DNA of 64,000 bases. It comes from an uncultured Planctomycetota bacterium (GTDB taxonomy: Bacteria > Planctomycetota > PLA2 > JAEUHO01). Both the position numbers and the translations under genes were made by a program. Every line of letters begins with the position of its first letter. The first letter of the stretch is position 1. Location: positions 544,001 to 608,000 of the forward strand of contig CAVVXN010000005.1 in the NCBI GenBank assembly GCA_963752285.1, read 5' to 3'. The notes beneath the pieces are model-generated. The model worked only from the letters and a program-made list of their open reading frames with translations, did not search any database and had not been told where the DNA came from. This document shows, piece after piece, positions 10,804 through 20,411 of this stretch.

Positions 10804-11463
10804 GTGGGTCAGAAGACACATCCGATCGGCTTCCGGACGGGGATCTACCTCGACTGGGACTCTCGCTGGTTCGCCCGCAAGCAGGACTTCGCTCGACTCC
10901 TGCGGGAAGACCGTCAGATTCGGAACTTCATCAAGAAGGAGTTCTACGGGGCGGGTATCCCGAAGGTCGAGATCGAGCGCAAGGCGGACGCGCTCCGGGT
11001 CATCGTCCACACCGCCAAGCCCGGCGTGTTGATCGGGCGCAAGGGCGTGAAGGCCGAGGAGCTCAAGAAGCGGCTCGAGTCGCTGACGGGGCGGCGCGTG
11101 GGTCTCGACATCCTCGAGATCCCCCGTCCCGAGCTGAACGCGACCCTGGTCGCGCAGAGCGTGGCGGAGCAGCTGATGAAGCGCGCGTCGTATCGGCGCA
11201 CCGTGAAGCGCGCGATCCAGCACACCATGGAGCGGGGCGCGAAGGGCGCGAAGATCATCATCTCGGGGCGTCTCGGCGGCCAGGAGATCGCGCGCACCGA
11301 GAAGCAGGCGGAGGGGTCGATCCCCCTCTCCACCCTGAAGGCGGACATCTCGTACGGCGAGGCCGTCGCCCGCACCAACTACGGCGTGATCGGCGTCAAG
11401 GCCTGGATCTTCCTCGGCACACTGGCCGCCGCGCTGCCGCACCAGCCGCAGGAGGCCGTCTGA
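10804..11463 (+). CDS. rpsC: 30S ribosomal protein S3
   Basis: MGQKTHPIGFR, PGVLIGRKG, SGRLGGQEIAR, YGVIGVK. Confidence 0.98.
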   Translation: MGQKTHPIGFRTGIYLDWDSRWFARKQDFARLLREDRQIRNFIKKEFYGAGIPKVEIERKADALRVIVHTAKPGVLIGRKGVKAEELKKRLESLTGRRVGLDILEIPRPELNATLVAQSVAEQLMKRASYRRTVKRAIQHTMERGAKGAKIIISGRLGGQEIARTEKQAEGSIPLSTLKADISYGEAVARTNYGVIGVKAWIFLGTLAAALPHQPQEAV

Positions 11464-11873
11464 TGTTGATGCCCAAGAGAGTCAAGTTCCGCAAGGCCCA
11501 GCGGGGCAGCGTGCACGGCATCGCGGCGCGTGGGAACACGGTCGCGTTCGGCGAGTACGGCCTCCAGGCGCTCGAGCCGGGCTGGATCCGGGCCAACGTG
11601 ATCGAGGCCGGCCGCGTGGCGGCCGTCCGCGGCGCGCCGGAGGGCCGCGTCTACATCCGGGTGTTTCCGCACCACCCGGTGACCTCTACGCCCGAAGAGA
11701 CGCGCATGGGCACGGGGAAGGGCGAGCCGGACTACTGGACCGCGGTGGTCCGGCCCGGGACGGTGCTCTTCGAGATCGGCGGCGGCGTCGCCGAGGAGAC
11801 CGCCCGTCGCACCCTGAACAAGGTCGCGCACAAGCTCCCCATCCGGACGCGCTTCCTCAAGAGGAGGGCGTGA
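11463..11873 (+). CDS. rplP: 50S ribosomal protein L16
   Basis: MLMPKRVKFRK, ETRMGTGKG, HKLPI. Confidence 0.98.
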   Translation: MLMPKRVKFRKAQRGSVHGIAARGNTVAFGEYGLQALEPGWIRANVIEAGRVAAVRGAPEGRVYIRVFPHHPVTSTPEETRMGTGKGEPDYWTAVVRPGTVLFEIGGGVAEETARRTLNKVAHKLPIRTRFLKRRA

Positions 11874-11874
11874 G

Positions 11875-12090
11875 ATGAGGCCGAGGGACATCCGTCGCCG
11901 GGACGAGCAGGACCTCCGTCAGGAGGTCCGGCGCCTGCGGGAGGAGATCTTCCAGCAGCGGTTCCGCGGCCAGAGCGAGGAGAAGGTCGATCGCGGAATG
12001 GTGCGCAAGCACCGCCGGGACATCGCGCGGATCCAGACGATCCTCCGGGGTCGCGAGATCGGGTTCGAGTCCGCGCCGGAGGCGAAGTAG
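11875..12090 (+). CDS. rpmC: 50S ribosomal protein L29
   Basis: Position in the operon and RRDIARIQT motif. Confidence 0.93.
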   Translation: MRPRDIRRRDEQDLRQEVRRLREEIFQQRFRGQSEEKVDRGMVRKHRRDIARIQTILRGREIGFESAPEAK

Positions 12091-12092
12091 CC

Positions 12093-12434
12093 ATGGCCAG
12101 GGAACGGGCCCGGAAGAGGACGGTGGTCGGCACCGTCGTGTCGGACCGCATGGACAAGACGATCAGCGTCCGCGAGGACCGGCTCGTCAAGCACCCGATG
12201 TACGGGAAGTACATCCGGCGCGCGTCCATCTACAAGGCGCACGACGAGAACAACGACGCCCACGAGGGTGACCAGGTCGAGATCCTCGAGTCGCGACCCA
12301 TGAGCAAGACGAAGCACTGGCGCCTCGCGCGCGTGCTGCGTCGCGCCGGCGCCCGGCACGTGGACACGGACGAGGCCGACCGCGCGGGCATCACGCCGAG
12401 CCGCCGCCGCGATGAGGAGGAGGCGTCGTCGTGA
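12093..12434 (+). CDS. rpsQ: 30S ribosomal protein S17 (C-terminal extension)
   Basis: [32 protein letters not shown]. Confidence 0.97.
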   Translation: MARERARKRTVVGTVVSDRMDKTISVREDRLVKHPMYGKYIRRASIYKAHDENNDAHEGDQVEILESRPMSKTKHWRLARVLRRAGARHVDTDEADRAGITPSRRRDEEEASS

Positions 12435-12799
12435 TCCAGATGCGGACTTGGCTCGACGTGGCCGACAACTCGGGGGCCAAGCGCGTCCACGCCATCAAGG
12501 TCGTGGGGCGCGGCAACTCCCGCTACGCCACGATCGGCGACGTCGTCGTCGCCTCGGTCAAGAAGGCCTTGCCCTCGTCTCAGATCAAGGCGGGGGACGT
12601 CGTCCGGGGCGTGGTCGTGCGCACCCGGAACGCCTACCGTCGAACCGACGGGACGTACGTGCGGTTCGACTCGAACGCAGTCGTCCTGATCGGCGACGAC
12701 AAGAGCCCGCGCGGGACGCGCGTGTTCGGCGCGGTGGCGCGCGAGCTCCGCAAGAAGGGCTTCACGAAGATCGTGAACCTCGCTTCGGAGGTCGTCTGA
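12431..12799 (+). CDS. rplN: 50S ribosomal protein L14
   Basis: [29 protein letters not shown]. Confidence 0.99.
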   Translation: MIQMRTWLDVADNSGAKRVHAIKVVGRGNSRYATIGDVVVASVKKALPSSQIKAGDVVRGVVVRTRNAYRRTDGTYVRFDSNAVVLIGDDKSPRGTRVFGAVARELRKKGFTKIVNLASEVV

Positions 12800-13188
12800 T
12801 GCCGCAGCGCATTCGCAAGGGCGATCTCGTCGCCGTGATCTCGGGCGACGACAAGGGACGGCGCGGACGCGTCCTCCGGGTGATCCCGGAGCGCGATCGC
12901 CTGATCGTGGAGGGCGTGAACGTCGTGTTCAAGCACCTCCGTCGCAGCCAGAAGAACCCGCAGGGGGGGCGCGTCCGACGCGAGGCTCCGATCCACGCGA
13001 GCAACGTCATGCCGATCGACCCCCAGCGGAACGAGCCCACGCGTGTCGGGATGCGCTCCGAGGGCGACCGGCGGGTGCGGTACGGACGCCGGAGCGGCGC
13101 AGCCATCGACAGCGGGACCCCGCGGCGGGGCAAGTCGGCCCGTTCGGAAGCCGGCAAGGGCGGCCGGGAAGAGCGAGGCGAAGGATGA
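12799..13188 (+). CDS. rplX: 50S ribosomal protein L24
   Basis: IRKGDLVAVISGDDKG (KOW motif), VEGVN, EAPIHASNV. Confidence 0.97.
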   Translation: MPQRIRKGDLVAVISGDDKGRRGRVLRVIPERDRLIVEGVNVVFKHLRRSQKNPQGGRVRREAPIHASNVMPIDPQRNEPTRVGMRSEGDRRVRYGRRSGAAIDSGTPRRGKSARSEAGKGGREERGEG

Positions 13189-13742
13189 AATCCCGTCTGC
13201 ACGAGCGCTACCAGAACGAGCTCAAGGCGCAGCTTCGGGAGCGCCTCGGGCTCGAGAACGACCTCGCGCTGCCCCGGCTCGAGAAGATCACCGTCTCCGC
13301 GGGGACCGGTAAGGTCAAGGAGAACAAGAAGCACCTCGCCGACACGGTCGAGATCCTGACGCGCATCACGGGCCAGCACGCGGTGGTGACGAAGGCCCGG
13401 AAGCCGATCGCGCAGTTCAAGCTGCGCGCGGGCATGCCGGTGGGCGCGATGGTGACCCTCCGGGGCCAACGGGCCTACGAGTTCCTCGACCGTTTGATCT
13501 CGGTCGTGATCCCGCGTATCCGCGACTTCCGCGGCCTCCCGCGGGCCTTCGACGCGCAAGGCAACTACAACCTCGGTCTCGCCGAGCAGTCGGTGTTCCC
13601 CGAGATCGACACCGACCTGCTCGAGAATACGCAGGGCATGAACATCGCGATCACGATCCGTAACGGAGCGAACGGCGGCGGCGCAGCGCTGCTCGAGGCG
13701 TTCAACTTCCCGTTCCGTCGGGAGGAGGTGTCCGTTGGCTAA
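13185..13742 (+). CDS. rplE: 50S ribosomal protein L5
   Basis: [33 protein letters not shown]. Confidence 0.98.
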   Translation: MKSRLHERYQNELKAQLRERLGLENDLALPRLEKITVSAGTGKVKENKKHLADTVEILTRITGQHAVVTKARKPIAQFKLRAGMPVGAMVTLRGQRAYEFLDRLISVVIPRIRDFRGLPRAFDAQGNYNLGLAEQSVFPEIDTDLLENTQGMNIAITIRNGANGGGAALLEAFNFPFRREEVSVG

Positions 13743-13920
13743 GAAGTCTCTCGTCAACAAGCAGCGGCGGAAACCGAAGTTCTCCACGCGCGGGTACACG
13801 CGGTGCCAGTTCTGCGGTCGAGCTCGGGCCGTGTACCGCAAGTTCGGCATCTGCCGAATCTGCTTCCGCATGATGGCCGTCCGAGGAGAGATCCCGGGCG
13901 TGCGCAAGGCATCTTGGTAA
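13735..13920 (+). CDS. rpsZ: 30S ribosomal protein S14, zinc-binding (type Z)
   Basis: TTG start after GGAGG; RCQFCGR..CRICFR; GVRKASW; 61 aa. Confidence 0.96.
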   Translation: MAKKSLVNKQRRKPKFSTRGYTRCQFCGRARAVYRKFGICRICFRMMAVRGEIPGVRKASW

Positions 13921-13930
13921 GGGGGCGTCC

Positions 13931-14332
13931 ATGTCGATGTCCGATCCGATCGCCGACATGCTCACGAGCATCCGCAACGGTCTGCAGGTGCACCGCGAGT
14001 TCGTGGAGGTGTCCGCGTCGCACGTGAAGCAGTCCGTGGCGCACGTGCTGCGGCGAGAAGGCTACGTCGACGACGTGGCGGAGGTGATGGGACGCCGGGG
14101 CCACCCTGCGCTCCGGATCTTCCTCAAGTACGACGTCGACGGGGCGTCGGTCATCCGCAAGATCGGGCGTGTCTCGCGCCCGGGGCGGCGGGTGTACCGG
14201 GGCGTCCGCGACCTGCCCAAGGTGCTGGGCGGACTCGGCATCACCGTGCTGACGACGTCGAAGGGCATCCTCTCCGACCGCGAGGCGCGCGCCGAGGGCG
14301 TCGGCGGCGAGGTCCTCTGCGAGGTCTGGTAG
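13931..14332 (+). CDS. rpsH: 30S ribosomal protein S8
   Basis: DPIADMLTSIRN, VSRPGRRVY, TTSKGI, GGEVLCEVW. Confidence 0.98.
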   Translation: MSMSDPIADMLTSIRNGLQVHREFVEVSASHVKQSVAHVLRREGYVDDVAEVMGRRGHPALRIFLKYDVDGASVIRKIGRVSRPGRRVYRGVRDLPKVLGGLGITVLTTSKGILSDREARAEGVGGEVLCEVW

Positions 14333-14334
14333 CC

Positions 14335-14883
14335 ATGTCTCGAATCGGAAAGATCCCGGTCCCGATCCCCAGCGGCGTGACCGTAGACGTTTCGGCCTCC
14401 GAGGTCTCCGTCAAGGGGCCGAAGGGGCAGCTCACCCAGCCTCTCACGGGGGGGATCGGGGCCCGCGTGGACGCAGGCCGGCTCCTCCTCGAACGTCCGG
14501 ACGACACCGCCGAGTCGCGTGCACTCCACGGACTCTACCGGGCGCTCTGCCAGAACATGGTCGAGGGCGTCACCAAGGGCTACGAGCGCCGGCTCGACAT
14601 CGTCGGCGTGTCGTACCAGGCCAGCGTGGAAGGCAAGCGCCTGAGGCTCCAGGTCGGCTTCAGCCACCCGGTGTTCGTGGACATCCCTTCCGGCCTCAAG
14701 GTCACCACGCCGAGCGCCATGCAGGTCCTCGTCGAGGGCATCGACAAGCAGATGGTCGGTCAGTTCGCCGCGACCGTGCGACGGGTTCGGCCGCCCGAGC
14801 CGTACAAGGGCAAGGGCGTCCGGTACTCCGACGAGCGCGTGGTCCACAAGCCCGGCAAGTCGTTCGTGGGCGGGGAGAAGTAG
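14335..14883 (+). CDS. rplF: 50S ribosomal protein L6
   Basis: MSRIGK.P, VKGPKG, GFSHP, RPPEPYKGKG. Confidence 0.99.
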   Translation: MSRIGKIPVPIPSGVTVDVSASEVSVKGPKGQLTQPLTGGIGARVDAGRLLLERPDDTAESRALHGLYRALCQNMVEGVTKGYERRLDIVGVSYQASVEGKRLRLQVGFSHPVFVDIPSGLKVTTPSAMQVLVEGIDKQMVGQFAATVRRVRPPEPYKGKGVRYSDERVVHKPGKSFVGGEK

Positions 14884-14885
14884 AC

Positions 14886-15242
14886 GTGGCGACTCAGAAG
14901 AGGATGAACGACCGCCGGCGGCGGCGCGCGTTCCGGGCGCGCCGGCACGTCCGGGGCACCGCGGCGCGCCCGAGGCTGTCCGTCCACCGGACGCACCGGC
15001 ATCTCTACGCCCAGCTGATCGACGACCTCGAGGGTCGCACGCTCTGCTCCGTCTCGAGCCTGGCGCTGAAGATCGAGAAGGGCGGCGGTGTCGAGGCGGC
15101 GAAGGCCGTCGGCCAGGAGCTCGGCAAGAAGGCGAAGAGCCTGAACATCGTGCGGTGCGGCTTCGACCGCGGCGCCTTCCGATACCACGGGCGCGTAAAG
15201 GCCCTCGCCGACGCGGTGCGCTCGAGTGGCGTGGAATTCTAG
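14886..15242 (+). CDS. rplR: 50S ribosomal protein L18
   Basis: RPRLSVHR, YAQLIDD, FDRG..YHGRVKALAD. Confidence 0.97.
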   Translation: MATQKRMNDRRRRRAFRARRHVRGTAARPRLSVHRTHRHLYAQLIDDLEGRTLCSVSSLALKIEKGGGVEAAKAVGQELGKKAKSLNIVRCGFDRGAFRYHGRVKALADAVRSSGVEF

Positions 15243-15250
15243 GAGTGTCC

Positions 15251-15757
15251 ATGCGCCAGGAACTGGACTTCGTCGACGCGGACGCCGAGAACCTCGACCT
15301 GACCGAGCGGATGATCAAGATCAACCGCTCCGCCAAGGTGATGAAGGGCGGACGGCGCTTCGGCTTCAGCGCGATGGTCGTCCTTGGGGACGGGCGGAGC
15401 GTGGTGGGGCTCGGCTTCGGCAAGGCCCGCGAGGTGCCCCCGGCCGTCGAGAAGGCGGTCGCCGACGCCCGGAAGCACCTGGTCCGCGTCTCGCTCCGAG
15501 GCACGACCTTCCCCCATCCCGTCGTCAGCTGGTTCCGGTCGAGCCAGGTGAAGCTGATCCCGGCCGCGCCCGGCACGGGGATCCTGGCTGGCGCCGCGGT
15601 GCGGGCGGTCCTCGAGGCCGCGGGCGTCCGCGACGCGCTCACGAAGGCGATGGGCAGCAAGAACGCCATGAACCTGGCCAAGGCGACCTACGACGGCCTG
15701 CTCTCGATGCGGACCCGTCAGGAGGTCGCCACGACGCGCGGGGTGTCGCTCCGATGA
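15251..15757 (+). CDS. rpsE: 30S ribosomal protein S5
   Basis: INRSAKVMKGGRRFGFSA, GKAREVP, PAAPGTGILAG; AGGAG RBS. Confidence 0.97.
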   Translation: MRQELDFVDADAENLDLTERMIKINRSAKVMKGGRRFGFSAMVVLGDGRSVVGLGFGKAREVPPAVEKAVADARKHLVRVSLRGTTFPHPVVSWFRSSQVKLIPAAPGTGILAGAAVRAVLEAAGVRDALTKAMGSKNAMNLAKATYDGLLSMRTRQEVATTRGVSLR

Positions 15758-16287
15758 ACCTCAAGGACGTTCGGCAGATCCAGGTCAAGCGCCAGAAGCG
15801 CCACCGCGTGGGCCGGGGCCAGGGATCGGGCTGGGGCACCACCTCGGGACGCGGAAACAAGGGCGCCGGCCAGCGGTCGGGCAACCGGATCCGTCTCCAC
15901 TTCGAGGGCGGCCAGATGCCGATCTACCGGCGCCTGCCGAAGAAGGGCTTCACGAACGCGTCCTTCAAGCAGATCTACCACGTCGTCAACGTGGGCGACC
16001 TGGAGCGGGTCTGCGAGGCCGGCGCCACCGTGGACCTCGACGTGCTGAAGAAGCTCGGCTTCGCCCCGAAGAAGGCGAAGCACCTGAAGATCCTGGGCTG
16101 GGGCGAGCTCGCGAAGAGCGTCCACCTGAAGGCCCACGCCGTCTCCGAGGGTGCGCGGGGGAAGATCGAAGCCGCCGGGGGCTCCATCGAGGTGCTGCCG
16201 ACGCACACGCCGCACCGTGCGAAGGGCGTGAAGCGCGACGCGACGAAGCGCTCTGCACGCGACGAGGCGCCCGGGAGCGCGTCGTGA
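15754..16287 (+). CDS. rplO: 50S ribosomal protein L15
   Basis: RVGRGQGSG.G.TSGRGNKG, FEGGQMP..RRLPKKGF, KIEAAGG. Confidence 0.97.
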   Translation: MNLKDVRQIQVKRQKRHRVGRGQGSGWGTTSGRGNKGAGQRSGNRIRLHFEGGQMPIYRRLPKKGFTNASFKQIYHVVNVGDLERVCEAGATVDLDVLKKLGFAPKKAKHLKILGWGELAKSVHLKAHAVSEGARGKIEAAGGSIEVLPTHTPHRAKGVKRDATKRSARDEAPGSAS

Positions 16288-17606
16288 TCGGGAGCATTCT
16301 CAATGTCTTCCGGGTCCGCGAGATCCGGTCGAAGCTCCTGATCACGCTGGGCTTCCTCCTCCTGTACCGGGTCGGCTGGAACATCCCCATGCCGGGGATC
16401 GACCTCGTCGCGATCCGGCAGGCCCAGGGGAGCGGCGAGGGCCAGACGTTCGCCCAGCTCTACAACCTGATCTCGGGCGGTGGCATCTACTCGTTCGCGC
16501 TGTTCAGCCTCGGGATCATGCCCTACATCTCGTCGAGCATCATCTTCAGCCTCCTGGCGAAGGTGGTTCCGTCGCTCGAGGCGATCGCGAAGGAGGGGGC
16601 CGCGGGCCAGCGGAAGATCAACCAGTGGACGCGCCTCGCCACCGTTCCGATCGCCGCCCTGCAGGCGGTGATCCTGGTGACGAACGTCTACACGCAGCCG
16701 AACCAGGTCCTCAAGGACCGCGTCATGCTGCCGGGAGGCTTCGGGACCGCCCTCGTCGCGATCATCGCCCTGACGGCCGGCTGCATCCTGCTCATGTGGA
16801 TCGGCGAGCAGATCACGGAGTACGGCGTCGGGAACGGCGTCTCGCTCCTGATCATGGCCGGCATCATCGCCCGCGTGCCGCACGCGGCCGCTCGGCTCTT
16901 CGAGGTCACGAAGACGCCCTTCCTGCCCTTCGTGCTCCTGGTCTTGTTCTTCATGATCGTGGTGGCCGTCGTGTACGTGACACGGGGGATGCGCAAGATC
17001 CCCGTGCAATACGCGAAGCTCACCCGCGGCCGGCGCGTGTACGGCGGCCAGCGCCACTTCCTCCCGATCAAGGTGAACCAGTCGGGCGTGATGCCCGTGA
17101 TCTTCGCCTCCGCGCTGCTCTCCTTCCCCATGCTGCTCGGACAGGCCGTGCACTGGGACGCGCTGCACAACTCGATGCGGCCCGGGAGCTGGTTCTACAC
17201 GGTCCTGAACACGGTTCTGATCTTCTTCTTCACGTTCTTCTGGAACTCGCTGATGTTCAACCCGGCGGAGATGTCCAAGAACATGAAGGAGTACGGGTCC
17301 TTCGTGCCGGGCATCCGGCCGGGCAAGCGCACGGCGGAGTTCCTCGAGAAGGTCATGCGGCGCATGAGCCTCGCGGACGCGACCTTCCTCGCGATCATCT
17401 CGGTCGTCCCGCAGTGGATCCAGGCGAGCCTCGGCACGGAGGTGCCGCAGCAGATCTACTACTTCCTGGGCGGCACCTCGATCCTGATCGTGGTGAGCGT
17501 GGCGCTCGACCTCGTGGACAAGCTGAACAGCGCGCTCCTCATGCGCTCCTACGACGGATTCATGGGCGGGGGCTCGACCGTCTCGGCCGCGCGGAGGAGG
17601 CGATAG
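16284..17606 (+). CDS. secY: Preprotein translocase subunit SecY
   Basis: LGIMPYISSSII, GQRKINQWTR, WIGEQIT..GVGNGVSL, PGIRPG, GGTSILIVV. Confidence 0.99.
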   Translation: MIGSILNVFRVREIRSKLLITLGFLLLYRVGWNIPMPGIDLVAIRQAQGSGEGQTFAQLYNLISGGGIYSFALFSLGIMPYISSSIIFSLLAKVVPSLEAIAKEGAAGQRKINQWTRLATVPIAALQAVILVTNVYTQPNQVLKDRVMLPGGFGTALVAIIALTAGCILLMWIGEQITEYGVGNGVSLLIMAGIIARVPHAAARLFEVTKTPFLPFVLLVLFFMIVVAVVYVTRGMRKIPVQYAKLTRGRRVYGGQRHFLPIKVNQSGVMPVIFASALLSFPMLLGQAVHWDALHNSMRPGSWFYTVLNTVLIFFFTFFWNSLMFNPAEMSKNMKEYGSFVPGIRPGKRTAEFLEKVMRRMSLADATFLAIISVVPQWIQASLGTEVPQQIYYFLGGTSILIVVSVALDLVDKLNSALLMRSYDGFMGGGSTVSAARRRR

Positions 17607-18158
17607 ATGCGAGCCGTCCTGTTGGGACCGCCGGGAGCCGGGAAGGGGACGCAGGCCGCGCGTCTCTGCCGGGCCCGCGATCTCCGGCATCTGAGCACCG
17701 GCGACCTCCTCCGCGACGCCGTGGCGGCCAAGACCGCGCTCGGCGAGGAGGCGAAGCGCTTCATGGACCGCGGTGAGCTGGTGCCGGACGCCCTCGTCCT
17801 CGGGCTCCTCGCGGAACGGCTCTCCGCCGCGGAGGAGGGGTCGTTCCTGCTGGACGGCTTCCCGCGCAACGTGAGCCAGGCGCACGCGCTCGAGGAGGTC
17901 CTCGGGCGGGACGCGCTGGATCACGTCGTGTACATCCAGCTGGACGACGACGAGATCGTCGTGCGGCTGCGGAAGCGGGGCCGCCCGGACGACCTGGACG
18001 ACGTCATCCGGCACCGGCTCGAGGTGTATCGTTCGGAGACGGAGCCGCTCGTGGCCTATTACGGCGCGCGTGGGCTGCTGCGACCCGTGGACGGCCAGGG
18101 CAGCGTGGACGAGGTCCACGAGCGCGTGCTCGGGGCCATCGGCGTGAGGGCGTCATGA
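17607..18158 (+). CDS. adk: Adenylate kinase (short-LID type)
   Basis: GPPGAGKGTQ, HLSTGDLLR, LLDGFPR; short LID RKRGRPDD. Confidence 0.97.
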   Translation: MRAVLLGPPGAGKGTQAARLCRARDLRHLSTGDLLRDAVAAKTALGEEAKRFMDRGELVPDALVLGLLAERLSAAEEGSFLLDGFPRNVSQAHALEEVLGRDALDHVVYIQLDDDEIVVRLRKRGRPDDLDDVIRHRLEVYRSETEPLVAYYGARGLLRPVDGQGSVDEVHERVLGAIGVRAS

Positions 18159-18920
18159 AGACGCGCGGGCTGGTCAAGAGCCGCCACGAGGTGCAGCTCC
18201 TCCGTCGCGCCGGTCGCGTCGCCCGCCTCGCGCTCGACGCGGCGTGCTCGGCGGCGACCCCCGGCCGGACGACCGCGGACGTGGACACGGCGGCCGAGGT
18301 CGTGATCCGGCAGTTCGGCGCGATCCCCGAGTTCAAGGGCTACCAGGGGTTCCCCGCCGCGACCTGCGTGAGCGTGAACGACGAGGTCGTGCACGGCATC
18401 CCGGGACCGCGCGTGCTCGAGGAAGGCGACCTCGTCAAGATCGACGTCGGGGCCCGCCTCGAGGGCTACGTCGGGGACAACGCCCGGACCGTCGTCGTGG
18501 GACGCGGTGATGCGGAGTCCCGCCGGATCCTCGAGACGACCCGCGCGTGCCTCGCGCTGGCCATCCAGGCCTGCTGGCCCGGTCGGCGCCTCTCCGACAT
18601 CGGGCGGGCGATCCAGTCGCATGCCGAGGCCGCCGGCTACTCGGTCGTCCGAGACTACGCCGGGCACGGGATCGGAACGCGCATGCATGAAGAACCGGAG
18701 GTTGCGAACTACGTGGACGAGCAGATCCTCGCGCACGACCTCGAGCTGGTGGCGGGGATGTGCCTGGCCATCGAGCCGATGCTCTCGGCCGGAAGCCCGG
18801 CCGTCGAGGGTTTCGGACGACGGGTGGACCGTGGTGACCCGCGACGGGTCGCGGTCCGCACACTGGGAGGACGTGGTGGCCGTGCGCGAAGCAGGCCCCC
18901 AGGTCCTCACGCGGCCATAG
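18155..18920 (+). CDS. map: Methionine aminopeptidase type I; one apparent frameshift near 18808-18810 (extra G)
   Basis: [30 protein letters not shown] in one frame. [16 protein letters not shown] continues in the next frame after a GGG run. Confidence 0.93.
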
Positions 18921-18932
18921 GGGACGGACGGC

Positions 18933-19148
18933 ATGGCGCGCGAGGACAACCTCCGACTGGAAGCCAAGGTGGTCGAGGCCCGGCCCAACGCGATGTTCGT
19001 GTGCGAGCTCGAGAACGGCCATCGCATCCTGGCCCACGTCTCCGGGAAGATGCGGATGCACTGGATCCGCATCCTCCCGGGCGACCGGGTCACGGTCGAG
19101 ATGAGCCCCTACGACCTGACGAAGGGGCGTATCGTGTACCGTGAGTAG
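18933..19148 (+). CDS. infA: Translation initiation factor IF-1
   Basis: [38 protein letters not shown]. Confidence 0.99.
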   Translation: MAREDNLRLEAKVVEARPNAMFVCELENGHRILAHVSGKMRMHWIRILPGDRVTVEMSPYDLTKGRIVYRE

Positions 19149-19196
19149 TTCCCCGATCCCCCTCCGATACCCTGTGCTCGAAATCGGGAGCCCGTC

Positions 19197-19310
19197 ATGA
19201 AGGTCAGGTCCAGCATCCGGCGCCTCTGCGAGGACTGCCGAATCATCCGGCGTCACGGCCGGGTCCGGGTGATCTGCAAGAACCCCCGCCACAAGCAGGT
19301 GCAGGGCTAG
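19197..19310 (+). CDS. rpmJ: 50S ribosomal protein L36 (zinc type); below the ORF-track size cutoff
   Basis: Hand translation gives [37 protein letters not shown]. Confidence 0.97.
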   Translation: MKVRSSIRRLCEDCRIIRRHGRVRVICKNPRHKQVQG

Positions 19311-19333
19311 CCCGCCCGGATTGGAGCCACTCC

Positions 19334-19717
19334 ATGCCTCGTATCGTCGGTGTAGACATCCCGAACGAGAAGGTGACCTGGGTCGCCCTCCAGTACGTGC
19401 ACGGGATCGGGAAGGCCACGGCCCTGAAGCTCTGCGCCGCGCTGGGTCTGGACCCCGCGCGCCGCGCGCGCGACCTCACGGACGAGGAGCTCGCGCGCCT
19501 GGCCGCGGAGATCGAGCGGTCGGTCGCGGTCGAGGGCAACCTGCGGCGGCAGGTACAGCAGAACGTGGCGCGTCTGAAGGAGATCAACTGCTATCGGGGG
19601 ATGCGCCATCGGCGCGGCCTCCCGGCGCGGGGGCAACGGACGCGGACGAACGCCCGGACCCGAAAGGGTCCGCGCAAGACCGTGGCCGGCAAGAAGAGCG
19701 TGAAGCAGCTCCGGTAG
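19334..19717 (+). CDS. rpsM: 30S ribosomal protein S13
   Basis: [37 protein letters not shown]. Confidence 0.99.
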   Translation: MPRIVGVDIPNEKVTWVALQYVHGIGKATALKLCAALGLDPARRARDLTDEELARLAAEIERSVAVEGNLRRQVQQNVARLKEINCYRGMRHRRGLPARGQRTRTNARTRKGPRKTVAGKKSVKQLR

Positions 19718-19839
19718 GCGACGGCGGAGCGCCGGGGGCCCCGATCGGGCCGGGCGGGCCCCGGGGTCAGGACGTAAGGGACTGCAGGATGGGGGGTTCG
19801 GGCGGACGGCCGCGCCCCGGGCCCCGGTGGGCCGGAAAG

Positions 19840-19868
19840 TTGCAGGGGCCCCGACTACGGGATACCCT
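19840..19868 (+). promoter_or_regulatory. Putative internal promoter upstream of rpsK
   Basis: TTGCAG-17 nt-TACCCT in the unusually long rpsM-rpsK gap. Confidence 0.5.
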
Positions 19869-19915
19869 GGCGCGTTCCGCTTCGCGGCCCCGCCTACTCG
19901 AGCGGTGGAGCTTTC

Positions 19916-20290
19916 ATGGCGAGCAAGAAGAAGATCCGACGCAACGTACCGAAGGCGGTGGTGCACATCGCCGCGTCGTTCAACAACACCATCGTGACCT
20001 TCGCTGCCCCGAACGGGGAGACCCTGTGCTGGGACTCCGCCGGGACGATCGGCTTCAAGGGCTCGCGCAAGTCCACGCCGTTCGCCGCCCAGAAGGCGGC
20101 CGAGCGCGCGGCGGAGAAGGCCGTGAAGATGGGCGTGCGCGAGATCGAAGTGCGGGTGAAGGGCCCGGGCGCGGGGCGCGAGTCTGCGATTCGCAGCCTG
20201 CAGTCTCGGGGACTGAAGATCCGCGCGATAGAAGACGTGACACCGCTGCCGCACAACGGCTGCCGTCCGCCGAAGCGCCGGCGGGTGTAG
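19916..20290 (+). CDS. rpsK: 30S ribosomal protein S11
   Basis: [40 protein letters not shown]. Confidence 0.99.
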   Translation: MASKKKIRRNVPKAVVHIAASFNNTIVTFAAPNGETLCWDSAGTIGFKGSRKSTPFAAQKAAERAAEKAVKMGVREIEVRVKGPGAGRESAIRSLQSRGLKIRAIEDVTPLPHNGCRPPKRRRV

Positions 20291-20411
20291 CGAGGACGCA
20301 TGGTCCGCACGCGCGGCGCCCCGGACCCCGGGCGCCGGTAGGTCGGGCTGGCCCGGCGAGAGTGGAACGAGGGGTCATCGGCCCCGGGCAGAGGACGGAA
20401 CGGAGGACGGC

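Noticed and set aside
18800..18820. Programmed frameshift or split map gene
   Set aside because: Removing one G from a GGG run restores [11 protein letters not shown]; typical homopolymer error.
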